Shown piece by piece: positions 17,298 through 26,253 of a stretch of DNA of 64,000 nt (positions are counted from its first letter, which is position 1; each line of letters starts with the position of its first letter). The position numbers were made by a program, and so were the translations under genes. This DNA is from Verrucomicrobiota bacterium. Its GTDB lineage: Bacteria > Verrucomicrobiota > Verrucomicrobiia > Limisphaerales > DSYF01. The stretch covers positions 63,866 through 127,865 of the forward strand of contig JALOTZ010000006.1 in assembly GCA_025457615.1 (NCBI GenBank), read 5' to 3'. Under the pieces are notes generated by a model. The model had not been told where the DNA came from. It worked only from the letters and a program-made list of their open reading frames with translations, and did not search any database.

Positions 17298-19853
17298 ATG
17301 GCGGATCCAACGGATTCTCGGAACACGGCACTGGCCGGACACCCCCTGCTGGCCGGATATGAACCGGCCCCGGGACTGTTCGACGAACTGGGCAGCGCCA
17401 GTGAAGTGCAGGCTCATTACCTGGATCTTTTGTCCGTCCTCGAATCGTTGTCCGCCGATGAACTGCGGCGGCGCGTGGACACGGTGCGGCGGCTGGTCGA
17501 GGAACAGGGCATCACGTACAACGTTTACGGGGACCCGCGCGGACTGGACCGGCCGTGGGAGATTGACCCGGTGCCCTTCCTGCTGGCGCCCGAGGACTGG
17601 CGGCAACTCGAGGCGGGCGTGATCCAGCGCGCCCAATTGCTCAACTGCATCCTGGCCGACTGCTACGGGCCGCAGGAGTTGATCCGATCGGGCGGGCTGC
17701 CCCCGGCCCTGGTTTTCGCGCAGTGCGGCTTTCTGCGTCCCTGCCACGGCATCCCCGCGCCGCAAGGCATTCATCTGGGATTCTACGCGGTGGACCTGGC
17801 GCGCTCCCCGGACGGCCGGTGGATGGTGCTGTCCGACCGCACGCAGAACCCGTCGGGGGCGGGTTACGCTCTGGCCAACCGGCTGGTGGTGTCGCGGAGT
17901 CTGCCGGAGGCTTTTCGCACCGTGTATGTTCACCGATTGGCGGGATTTTTCCGGGTGCTCCAGGCCTCGCTGCGCGACCTGGCCCGGCGCCGCACCGAGA
18001 ATCCGCGCGTGGTGCTGCTGACGCCCGGCCCCCACAACGAAACCTATTTCGAACAGGCCTATCTGGCGCGTTACCTGGGCTACACGCTGGTGGAGGGACA
18101 GGACCTGACGGTGCGCGACGACCACGTGTTCCTCAAGACCCTGAGCGGACTCGAACCTGTGGACGTCATCTTCCGCCGGGTGGACGACGAGTTCTGCGAC
18201 CCGCTCGAGTTGCGCAACGATTCTTTGCTGGGCGTGCCAGGATTGCTGGGGGCGTTGCGTGCCGGCACGGTGGCCATCACGAACACCCCCGGCTCGGGTC
18301 TTCTGCAAAGCCCCGCGTTCATGCCCTTTCTGCCCGGCCTCTGCCAACATCTGCTGGGCGAGGAACTATCCATCCCCTCCCTGCCCACGTGGTGGTGTGG
18401 ACAGGCGGACGCGCGGGAGCACGTGCTGCGACACCTCGACCGCCTGGTCGTCGAGCCGGCGTTCCAACCGGGGCGGCGCGCGGACAAACCTCAGCACCCG
18501 CGCACCAGCGAGGAGCAGCAGGCGTTGGGCAAACGCATCGGTTTCCAGCCGGAACTTTACGTGGCGCAGGAATCGATCAGGCTCTCCACGTCCCCGGCAT
18601 GGTCGAAGGGAGGGCTTGCGCCGAAGCCCGTGGCGCTGCGCGTGTTTCTCTTCGCCAGCGAGGGCGGTTACGAGGTGATGCCGGGCGGGTTGGTGCGCAT
18701 CGCGGCTGAGGGGGAATGGCATTCCCTCTTGATACAGCAGGGCGCCAGCACCAAGGACGCCTGGGTGATGAGCCATGAGCCGGTGACCGAAGTGTCGCTG
18801 CTGCACTCGGCGCAACAGAATCTCGAGCTGCGCCGGACCGCCAACAACCTGCCCAGCCGGCTGGCGGATTGCTTCTTCTGGCTGGGCCGCTACTCCGAGC
18901 GCGCGGACAACACCGCCCGCCTGCTCCGCAGCGCGCTGTTGCGACTGAATCCCGGCCGCTATGGCGTGCCGCTGACGCTGCTCACGCCGTTGCTCCAGGT
19001 GCTCGAAGCCCAGGGGCAGCTTCCGGCGGGCACAGTCAGCACCGGATCGGTGGCGCAATCCGACCAGCTCGAAGCGGCGCTGCACGCGGTGATTTTCGAC
19101 CGTTCGCATCCCGGCAGTCTCCGGCGCCTCGCCGCCGAGACGCAACGTCTCGGGATGCATGTGCGGGATCGCACCTCGAACGACATGTGGCGCGCGCTGA
19201 GTCAGATTGATGACCATCTCGGCCCGGGCGAAGGCGGCGAGATCGATCCCAGGACCGATGCGGTGAGCGTGCTCAACCGGATGATCCTGCACCTGGCGGC
19301 GTTGCAGGGGTTGACGCGGGAAAACATGACGCGCGGCCAGGGTTGGCGTTTCAAGGACATCGGCCACCGGATCGAGCGCTCCATCTACATTGCCCTGCTG
19401 CTCGAACGAACGTTGCAGTTGCCGGAGGCGGACAATCCCAGTTTGCTCGAGATCCTCCTGGAGTCGGCCGACAGCAGCATCACCCACCGGTCCCGCTACA
19501 ATCTGCTGCCCACGCTGGCCGCCGTGTATGACCTGATCCTGCTGGACGAAACCAATCCGCGGTCGCTGCTCTTCCAGGTGCTGCAACTGGTCAAGCACTT
19601 CGAGCGCCTGCCCCGCGAGCGCACCAGTGTGTTGCCCGGCGAGGGGGAACGTCTGCTGATCGGATGCTGCGCCCGGTTGCGGCTGTTGGATACCCGCGAG
19701 CTGGGCCGGTTGCAGGGCGGCTGGCACGAGAGCGAAACGGCCCTCGCGCTTCAAGCCGTGCTGCGGGACCTGCCCCGGCTCTCGGACGCCATCGCGGCCA
19801 GCTACTTCGCCCATTCCGAGATTGCCCGCGCCGGAGGAGCTGCCAGCCCATGA
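17298..19853 (+). CDS. Fusion protein: circularly permuted type-2 ATP-grasp (COG2308-like) + alpha-E domain (COG2307-like)
   Basis: N-terminal part: LLAGYEPAPGLFDEL...ITYNVYGDP...RPWEIDPVPFLL. C-terminal part: the typical alpha-E start LADCFFWLGRYSERADNTARLLR (~nt 18860). The track ORF 16248..19853 runs out of frame over pfp, so ATG 17298 was chosen (alternative 17217). Confidence 0.75.
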   Translation: MADPTDSRNTALAGHPLLAGYEPAPGLFDELGSASEVQAHYLDLLSVLESLSADELRRRVDTVRRLVEEQGITYNVYGDPRGLDRPWEIDPVPFLLAPEDWRQLEAGVIQRAQLLNCILADCYGPQELIRSGGLPPALVFAQCGFLRPCHGIPAPQGIHLGFYAVDLARSPDGRWMVLSDRTQNPSGAGYALANRLVVSRSLPEAFRTVYVHRLAGFFRVLQASLRDLARRRTENPRVVLLTPGPHNETYFEQAYLARYLGYTLVEGQDLTVRDDHVFLKTLSGLEPVDVIFRRVDDEFCDPLELRNDSLLGVPGLLGALRAGTVAITNTPGSGLLQSPAFMPFLPGLCQHLLGEELSIPSLPTWWCGQADAREHVLRHLDRLVVEPAFQPGRRADKPQHPRTSEEQQALGKRIGFQPELYVAQESIRLSTSPAWSKGGLAPKPVALRVFLFASEGGYEVMPGGLVRIAAEGEWHSLLIQQGASTKDAWVMSHEPVTEVSLLHSAQQNLELRRTANNLPSRLADCFFWLGRYSERADNTARLLRSALLRLNPGRYGVPLTLLTPLLQVLEAQGQLPAGTVSTGSVAQSDQLEAALHAVIFDRSHPGSLRRLAAETQRLGMHVRDRTSNDMWRALSQIDDHLGPGEGGEIDPRTDAVSVLNRMILHLAALQGLTRENMTRGQGWRFKDIGHRIERSIYIALLLERTLQLPEADNPSLLEILLESADSSITHRSRYNLLPTLAAVYDLILLDETNPRSLLFQVLQLVKHFERLPRERTSVLPGEGERLLIGCCARLRLLDTRELGRLQGGWHESETALALQAVLRDLPRLSDAIAASYFAHSEIARAGGAASP

Positions 19854-20722
19854 ATTACCGCATCCTCCACCGCACCACCCACCACTACGGAGAGCCGGTG
19901 TCGGTGTCCCATCACGCCGCGCGGCTGGTCCCGCGTGTGATGACCTCGCAACAGTGCCAGTCCTTCGCGTTGCGCATCGAGCCCGAACCCGCGGTGCGTC
20001 AATCCCGGCGGGACTATTTCGGCAACGAGGTCTGGTTCTTCAGCATCCAGGAGGTTCACAATCGCCTGGAGGTCATCGCGGAGAGCGTCGTCTCGGTGCA
20101 GGAACCGCCCCCCAACCGGTTGAGCGCCCCGCCGGCGTGGGCGGAGGTGGCGTTGTCCCTGGCGGATCCGGCCACGCCCGAGCTGGTGGACGCCTGCCAG
20201 TTCACCTTCGATTCGCCGATGGTCGGCGCCTCCCTGGAGTTGCTGGATTACGCCAAGCCCAGCCTTGGCAAGGACCTCCCCCTGCTGGCCGGGGTGGCCG
20301 ACCTGTGCCGGCGCATCCACCAGGACTTCCAGTTCGATCCCAAAGCCACCACGGTCGCCACCCCGCTGGCCGAGGTTCTGCGGATGCGGCGCGGGGTCTG
20401 TCAGGACTTCGCGCATCTCGCCCTCGGCTGCCTGCGCTCCGCCGGCCTGGCGGCGCGCTACGTCAGCGGTTACCTCCGCACGCGTCCACCGGAAGGCCAG
20501 CCTCGGTTGGTGGGGGTGGATGCGTCACACGCCTGGATCCAGGTCTTCTGCCCCACGCGCGGCTGGGTGGATTTTGATCCGACCAATGACCTGCAACCGG
20601 GCGACGAGCACATCACCGTGGCCTATGGACGCGACTACTCGGACGTCAGCCCCTTGAGCGGCATTCTCACCGGAGGCGGCACGCACGAGGTGACGGTGGC
20701 TGTGGATGTGGAGGGATTGTGA
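19850..20722 (+). CDS. Transglutaminase-like family protein (COG1305-like)
   Basis: MNYRILHRTTHHYGEPVSVSHHAARLVPR N-terminus. Cys-His-Asp core: GVCQDFAHLALGCLRSAGLAARYVSGY, DASHAWIQVF, DFDPTN. ATGA start/stop overlap with the upstream gene. Confidence 0.85.
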   Translation: MNYRILHRTTHHYGEPVSVSHHAARLVPRVMTSQQCQSFALRIEPEPAVRQSRRDYFGNEVWFFSIQEVHNRLEVIAESVVSVQEPPPNRLSAPPAWAEVALSLADPATPELVDACQFTFDSPMVGASLELLDYAKPSLGKDLPLLAGVADLCRRIHQDFQFDPKATTVATPLAEVLRMRRGVCQDFAHLALGCLRSAGLAARYVSGYLRTRPPEGQPRLVGVDASHAWIQVFCPTRGWVDFDPTNDLQPGDEHITVAYGRDYSDVSPLSGILTGGGTHEVTVAVDVEGL

Positions 20723-20852
20723 GCGCCAGCCCCGGTTCAAACCCGCCTCTCGACCCGGCACGGCGGCACACCAGCCCGGAGGTGCAGCTTTTCAGACCCT
20801 CGGGAAACCGCCATGAAGGACCCGTTCAACCCTTCCGCCATCCGGCCGCTTC

Positions 20853-21701
20853 ATGAAACTGGAAGTCTGTCATCGCACGCGCTATACCTATGCAGCGCCG
20901 GTGAGTGAAAGCTTCAACGAGCTCCGGCTGCGTCCGGTGAGCTACGAGCAACAGCAGTGCGAGAACTTCCTGCTCAAGGTGCTGCCCACCGCCCGGCTCC
21001 GGCATTTCACCGATTTCTACGCCAACACGGTTCATTTCTTTGAATTGGCCGAACCGCACACGTCCCTGACCGTCGAAGCCCGGTCGCAGGTGATCACTTC
21101 GGCGCAAACCTTGCCCGAGGACGCGACGCCCTTTTCCCTGGCCCGGGTGGCCGAGTGTGCCCGGATGGAGCGCTGTTTCGTTTACCTGCAGGACAGCACC
21201 TATGTCGAGAAGTCGCCGGAAGCCTGGCGGCTGGCGTTGGACATCACCCAGGGCGCATCGGACCTTTGGCAGGCGGCGCTGGCGATCCAGCGCCACATTC
21301 ACCGCGAGTTCACCTACTGCCAGGCATCCACCCACGCCCACACCCACATGCGGCAGGTGCTCCAGGCCAGGCGTGGCGTCTGCCAGGATTTTGCCCATGT
21401 CATGATCGGCCTGTGCCGGAGCCTCGGGATCCCGGCGCTTTATGTGAGCGGCTACCTTTACAACGGGCCGCGCGAAACCCTCCGCGGCGCCCAGGCCAGC
21501 CACGCCTGGTGCGAGGTGTTCGTGCCCGGCGTGGGCTGGCGCGGCCTGGATCCGACCAACAACCGCCAGGCCGATGAACATCATGTGAAGGTGGCCGTGG
21601 GACGCGACTACGCGGATGTGCCGCCCATCCGGGGGCAATACCGGGGCACGCTGGACCGCCAGCTCGAGGTGGATGTGCTGGTGACGCGGTTGGACGCGTA
21701 A
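20853..21701 (+). CDS. Transglutaminase-like family protein (second copy)
   Basis: MKLEVCHRTRYTYAAPVSESFNELRLRP N-terminus. Core: GVCQDFAHVMIGLCRSLGIPALYVSGY, ASHAWCEVF, GLDPTN. Confidence 0.85.
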   Translation: MKLEVCHRTRYTYAAPVSESFNELRLRPVSYEQQQCENFLLKVLPTARLRHFTDFYANTVHFFELAEPHTSLTVEARSQVITSAQTLPEDATPFSLARVAECARMERCFVYLQDSTYVEKSPEAWRLALDITQGASDLWQAALAIQRHIHREFTYCQASTHAHTHMRQVLQARRGVCQDFAHVMIGLCRSLGIPALYVSGYLYNGPRETLRGAQASHAWCEVFVPGVGWRGLDPTNNRQADEHHVKVAVGRDYADVPPIRGQYRGTLDRQLEVDVLVTRLDA

Positions 21702-21792
21702 GAACCGCTGGACTTGCCTGGCCATTACAGCGCTTGCACGAACCGGCCTCGGGGGCGTATGGTTCGTACGAATCCAAGAGAAAGGAGCCCGT

Positions 21793-22254
21793 ATGGCTGT
21801 CAAAGCGCTCAAACAGTTCCTCGATTCCCACCGCGTCAAATACACCTGCATCGTGCATTCGCCGGCCTACACCGCGCAGGAGGTGGCCGAGTCGGCCCAT
21901 ATCAAAGGTCATTCCATGGCCAAGGTCGTGATTGTCAAACTTGACGGCGTGATGGCCATGGCGGTTCTGCCTGCCGATACCAAGGTGATCCTCCAGGAGC
22001 TCCGTGACCTGACCGGGCATGCCCGTGTCCAGTTCGCCACAGAGGACGAATTCAAAGCGCGCTTCCCGGATTGTGAACCGGGCGCCATGCCGCCCTTCGG
22101 CCATCTCTATTCCATGGACGTGTACGTGGCCGAACGGTTGACGCAGAACGACCAGATCGCGTTCAACGCAGGATCGCACATGGAGGTCATTCAGTTGGCC
22201 TACGCCGACTACGAACGCCTGGCGCACCCGAAGGTGCTGAGTTTCAGCACCTGA
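21793..22254 (+). CDS. YbaK/EbsC/ProX-type aminoacyl-tRNA deacylase domain protein
   Basis: 153 aa. Blocks KVVIVKLDG..AMAVLPADTKV and PGAMPPFGHLY are typical of YbaK-like editing domains. RBS AAAGGAG present. Confidence 0.65.
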   Translation: MAVKALKQFLDSHRVKYTCIVHSPAYTAQEVAESAHIKGHSMAKVVIVKLDGVMAMAVLPADTKVILQELRDLTGHARVQFATEDEFKARFPDCEPGAMPPFGHLYSMDVYVAERLTQNDQIAFNAGSHMEVIQLAYADYERLAHPKVLSFST

Positions 22255-22257
22255 ATG

Positions 22258-22369
22258 AGGCGGGACGGTGGAGTGTGGGGGCAATGGTGTGTTGGAGTGA
22301 TGGGGTAACTGGAGAACGGGGAGCCCTAATCTCCCCCGTCCCCAATACTCCAACACTCCATCCGCCGGG
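22258..22369. repeat. ~110-nt imperfect palindromic element between ybaK-like and folP-like genes
   Basis: GTGTTGGAGTGATGGGG (22288-22304) pairs with CCCCAATACTCCAACAC (22339-22355). Inner stem ACGGGGAG/CTCCCCGT. Outer arms GGCGGGACGGTGGAGTG / CACTCCATCCGCCGGGC. Confidence 0.6.
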
Positions 22370-22421
22370 CAGAGCGCGGATTGGCGTTGGCTCGGGCGCG
22401 GTCGGGCGGTAGGTTGGGCGC

Positions 22422-23309
22422 ATGCTGGATACGGCATATCTTTCGGATTTGCTGAACACCCACCACGCCGCCGCCGCGGCAAAGGTGCAGGAATTCTCCA
22501 TCGGCGGACACGCGTTCACCTTCAATTCGCAACCGGCGTTGATGGGGGTGGTGAACCTCTCGGCGGATTCGTGGTACCGCGAGAGCGTCTGCCTGTCCAC
22601 CGCGGCCGCCCTCCAACGAGGGCGCACGCTGGCGGCTCAGGGAGCCGCCCTTGTGGATGTCGGAGCGGAATCCACCCTCGCCCATGCCAGCCGGGTGGGT
22701 CCTGCCGCACAGAACAGCAAGCTGCTGCCGGTCGTCCGCGGATTGCGCGAATCCGGCATCCTCGTTTCCGTCGAAGCCTACCAACCGGAGGTGGCCCGGG
22801 CCTGCCTCGAGGCCGGCGCCAACGTGCTGAACCTGACCGGCACCGAATCGAGCGCCGACCTGTTTCGCATGGTCGCAGATCACGAAGCGGCCGTGATCAT
22901 TTGTCATGTCCAGGGCCGGAACGTCCGCGCAGTCGCCGATCTCGATTTCGGGTCCGATCCCATCGCGCTGCTGCAGGACTATTTCGCCCGGCAGATCGAG
23001 CTGGCGGTGCGTCAGGGGGTGCAGCGGATCTTCATCGATCCGGGCCTGGGTTTCTACTACCGCAATCTCCAGGACAGCGCGGTGCGCGTCCGGCACCAGA
23101 TGACGGTTTTCCTGAACACCTTCCGGCTGCGAACACTGGGCTGGCCCGTCTGCCACGCCCTACCCCATGCGTTCGAGTTCTTTGCCGAGGAAGTGCGCTG
23201 CGCCGAGCCGTTCTTCGCCGTCCTGGCCGCCCTGGGCCGAACCGACCTGTTCCGCACCCACGAAGTCCCGCGCGTCAAAGCCGTGCTGGACACCCTCGCG
23301 GCGTTCTGA
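22422..23309 (+). CDS. folP: Dihydropteroate synthase family (pterin-binding domain) protein
   Basis: MGVVNLSADSWYRES (compare GILNVTPDSF), GAALVDVGAEST, and IDPGLGF near the C-terminus. The DSW/YRE variant of the usual DSFSDGG is atypical. Confidence 0.7.
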   Translation: MLDTAYLSDLLNTHHAAAAAKVQEFSIGGHAFTFNSQPALMGVVNLSADSWYRESVCLSTAAALQRGRTLAAQGAALVDVGAESTLAHASRVGPAAQNSKLLPVVRGLRESGILVSVEAYQPEVARACLEAGANVLNLTGTESSADLFRMVADHEAAVIICHVQGRNVRAVADLDFGSDPIALLQDYFARQIELAVRQGVQRIFIDPGLGFYYRNLQDSAVRVRHQMTVFLNTFRLRTLGWPVCHALPHAFEFFAEEVRCAEPFFAVLAALGRTDLFRTHEVPRVKAVLDTLAAF

Positions 23310-23334
23310 AACCGGCCCGGCGGTGCGGACATTT

Positions 23335-23790
23335 TGTCGGCGCTCCACGACTCTGCTCTCGCCCGCAGCCATTCTCAGTCAGCGCCGGAGCCCGGCTCCG
23401 CGAGCCGCATCGCCGGCGCAGGTGCCGGTGGCTTGCGATCAGGTTGTAGGCGTCAGGAGAGCAGCACGGCTGCTGCGAGTCGCGGACTCGCGTTCCGTTG
23501 TGGGGGCGCGGCTCCGTGAGCCGCAGCGGCGGCGAGAGTGTAGGAGACCTTCGGATTAGAGATGGGCTTCTGGAGCAGCGTGGCTGCTGCGGGTCATGGA
23601 CCCGCGGTCCGTTGTGGGGGCGCGGCTCCGTGAGCCGCAGCACCCCCGCCACGGAAGGCCGTTCTCAATCTTCCAGTAGCCTGCTTCCAGGCGAAGCGGC
23701 TGCGGGTCGCCCGTCCTCCGTAGCAGAGCCACTGCGGAGGGTGGACGGACCCGCGCTCCCACATGAGAGTGCCGTCTCGCCCGTCCGGCC
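23335..23790. repeat. Cluster of palindromic REP-like units filling the 519-bp spacer
   Basis: Direct 60-nt units at 23468-23527 and 23582-23641 (114-nt period), each GGCTGCTGCG.GTC...GTTGTGGGGGCGCGGCTCCGTGAGCCGCAGC. Followed by a full copy of the 59602-59735-type element with an extra internal hairpin at 23708-23748. Confidence 0.75.
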
Positions 23791-23828
23791 GATTGACTTG
23801 AAAGGCTCCCGATTCCATATTCAGCGCA

Positions 23829-24590
23829 GTGAGTTTTGACATCTCCCATATTCTCGAGTCGTGGGACTACAAGCCCGGCGAGGTGATGGTGCGCCGCTTC
23901 CGGGACAAGGCGGGCGTCGAGAAGATCCAACTGCGCGTGGACCTGGGCCTGTTGCAGATGAATGCCAGCGGGCGTCCGGACGGCAAGCGCCCCTCCGGCT
24001 ACGCCTCCCTGCTCGATTGCTTTCAGGCCAAGCTCAAACAGCACACCGCCGAGAACGACGATTCCGACGCAGGCTTCCAGTTGACCGAGGAAGACTGTTC
24101 GCGGATGCAGTTGGAAGTGCTCCAGTACCACCATCGTTACCTCTGCCTGCTGCAGTTGCAGGACTTCGACGGGGCGGCGCGCGATGCGAAGCACAACCTG
24201 GCGCTGTTCGAACTGGCCGAGCGTTACGCCGAATCGGACGAGCTGGCCTGGTCGCTCAAGCAATTCCAACCGCACGTCCTGATGGTCCTGGCGCGCGCGC
24301 GGGCTTCACAGGCGCTGGCGAGCAGCAACTACGACCTGGCGATCATGCGCGTCGAAGAGGGCTTGAGCCGGTTGCGCCATTTCTATCGCAGCCACGCCCG
24401 GCCCGAGATGGAGGAGCAGAGCGGCGAAATCCGTTCCCTCGAGGTCTGGCTGGAAAAGATTCGCAGTGACCGCCCCCTGACCAGCCGCGAGTTGCTCGAG
24501 AAGGCCCTGGATGAAGCTGTCCAGCGCGAGGATTACGAGCGCGCGGCCGAGATGCGCGACGCCCTGAAAAACCTGACTTCGGAAGGCTGA
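23829..24590 (+). CDS. UVR (UvrB/UvrC) motif-containing protein of unknown function
   Basis: GTG start. The C-terminal ALDEAVQREDYERAAEMRDALKNL matches the UVR motif. The rest is alpha-helical and unassigned. Confidence 0.65.
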   Translation: MSFDISHILESWDYKPGEVMVRRFRDKAGVEKIQLRVDLGLLQMNASGRPDGKRPSGYASLLDCFQAKLKQHTAENDDSDAGFQLTEEDCSRMQLEVLQYHHRYLCLLQLQDFDGAARDAKHNLALFELAERYAESDELAWSLKQFQPHVLMVLARARASQALASSNYDLAIMRVEEGLSRLRHFYRSHARPEMEEQSGEIRSLEVWLEKIRSDRPLTSRELLEKALDEAVQREDYERAAEMRDALKNLTSEG

Positions 24591-24596
24591 CGCCGT

Positions 24597-25034
24597 TCAG
24601 CCCCCCGGCTGCTGCGGAAACACCTGATAAAGCAGCAGATAAATCACCACCCCCGTCAGAGAAACGTACATCCACAGCGGCCAGGTCCAACGTGCCAGCC
24701 GCCGGTGCCCGTCAAACCGTCCCCGCATCGCCAGGATCACGGTGGCGAGGATTAGCGGCAGGATGGCCACCGCCAGCACCGTGTGCGTGAGGAGGATACC
24801 CAGGTAGATCGGACGGAACCAGGCCGGGTCGGTGAATCGGGTGACCGTCTGCACCTTGAAATGGTAGGTGAGATAGCCGGCGAGGAACAAGGTCGAGGTG
24901 CCCAGCGCCGCCACCATGCAGTGGCGATGCACCTGCTTTTGGCCCTGACGGATGAAGAAGAACCCGAAGCTGAGGAGCACCGCGCTCAACGCGTTGAACC
25001 CGGCGTTGACGGCGGGCAGGTCCATGACGCTCAC
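24597..25034 (-). CDS. DUF420 family membrane protein
   Basis: 145 aa, four hydrophobic segments. N-terminus LPAVNAGFNALSAVLLSFGFFFIRQG...HRHCM is typical of DUF420. 4-nt overlap with the upstream SCO gene. Confidence 0.6.
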   Translation of the reverse strand: MSVMDLPAVNAGFNALSAVLLSFGFFFIRQGQKQVHRHCMVAALGTSTLFLAGYLTYHFKVQTVTRFTDPAWFRPIYLGILLTHTVLAVAILPLILATVILAMRGRFDGHRRLARWTWPLWMYVSLTGVVIYLLLYQVFPQQPGG

Positions 25035-25690
25035 GGTTCCTCCTCCAGTTGCCGCACCGCGTCCAGGATGTCCTGTCTGGCCTCCGGCCAGCGGATATGT
25101 TCCCCCACGCTCTCGAACGCCCCCCGGAGCCGGCCCTGTTTGTCCACCACCACGAAGATGGTGCTGTGCACAAAGAGATCATTGGGATCAGTCCGTTCCC
25201 CGGGCGGCTTGGCCACCGCTGTGAGCTTGAGACTGTCGATGGCTAGATTCGCCACCACCACCTTGTCGCCGGTCAGGAAACTCCAGCGACGGCCGTCGGC
25301 TGCGTAGCGCCCGGCGTAGCGCGCCAGGATCTCGGGCGTGTCAAAGTCGGCGTCCGTGGTCAGCGTCACCAACCGCGCCTGGCTGGTGGCCGGCAGGGCG
25401 TCTTGCAGGTCCTTCATCTTGCGGGTCATCTCCGGACACGGGCCCGCGCATCGCGTGAAGATGATGTCTGCCACCCACACCCGTCCTTTCAGGTCGTCCA
25501 GCGAAACCGGCTGCGCGGCTTGGTTGGTCAGGGTGAAGCCGGCCACCGGACCAATCACCGGCAACGCCGTGGAGGCCCGTGGCGTTTGTGCAGGATGCTT
25601 CAACAAAACGACCAGGCAGACCAGAATCCCCAGAACCAAGCCCAGGCCGACCAGCACCGTCCAGTGAAATGACTTCTCAGCCGAACCCAT
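25031..25690 (-). CDS. SCO1/SenC family copper chaperone (thioredoxin fold)
   Basis: N-terminal TM helix. CxxxC motif in IFTRCAGPCPEMT. Conserved distal His in FVHSTIFVVVD. Confidence 0.8.
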   Translation of the reverse strand: MGSAEKSFHWTVLVGLGLVLGILVCLVVLLKHPAQTPRASTALPVIGPVAGFTLTNQAAQPVSLDDLKGRVWVADIIFTRCAGPCPEMTRKMKDLQDALPATSQARLVTLTTDADFDTPEILARYAGRYAADGRRWSFLTGDKVVVANLAIDSLKLTAVAKPPGERTDPNDLFVHSTIFVVVDKQGRLRGAFESVGEHIRWPEARQDILDAVRQLEEEP

Positions 25691-25923
25691 GCGCCCATCG
25701 ATACACGGAAGCGCAAGCCCAGACGAGTCCCAAAAGCTGGACCTTCCGCGCGTGGCAGGGGTCTGTAACCGCCGGTTGAAGCGTGGGACACCTTCCGGGG
25801 CCAGGGGAACGGACGTTCCAAGCCTTCGTCAGGTCCTGGGTGAGGCTGCCGGGTGGAACCCGCCGGAGGGCCAGCGGCGTGCCTCCAGCTTGCGGAGGCG
25901 CGCACCGGAGGGTCAGGATTTTC

Positions 25924-26226
25924 TCAACTGACGGCCATCAAGGACACGCGCCGTCCCTGGTCGTCGCGCGTGACCCCCATCGCCTGCGGATCCAGCACCA
26001 GCTCCCCGTCCACCTGGAAGGCATAACGGTGATGTCCGTGCCGGAGCTCGATCCGGAGGGTCCACGCGCCGTCGGCTCCCTGCTGCAGAGGGTTGGCGCG
26101 CGGATTCCACTGATTGAAATCTCCGATCAGGCTCACCTGCTTGGCCTGGGGTGCGTTGCAGATGAAATTGCGCGCCTTCACATTGCTGTGAGCGCTGTAA
26201 GGGTTTCGTTGCGGCGGCCTCATCAT
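25924..26226 (-). CDS. Stand-alone CBM48/E-set (glycogen-binding-like) domain protein
   Basis: 100 aa. VSLIGDFNQWNP....GADGAWTLRIELRHGHHRYAFQVDG resembles the AMPK-beta/isoamylase N-terminal CBM48 pattern. Confidence 0.6.
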   Translation of the reverse strand: MMRPPQRNPYSAHSNVKARNFICNAPQAKQVSLIGDFNQWNPRANPLQQGADGAWTLRIELRHGHHRYAFQVDGELVLDPQAMGVTRDDQGRRVSLMAVS

Positions 26227-26253
26227 GGTGTCAGGAAAAGCGGAGGGGATCGG

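Noticed and set aside
23468-23641. Direct repeats with a 114-nt period considered as a CRISPR array.
   Set aside because: There are only two units. The repeats are 60 nt long and themselves part of larger palindromes. The sequence between them belongs to the same repeat family. No cas genes are present.
24585-24602. Hairpin GGCTGA-cgccgt-TCAGCC formed by the two convergent stop codons (UVR-motif gene and DUF420), considered as a bidirectional terminator.
   Set aside because: The stem is only 6 bp with no U-tract on either side. This is too weak to call.
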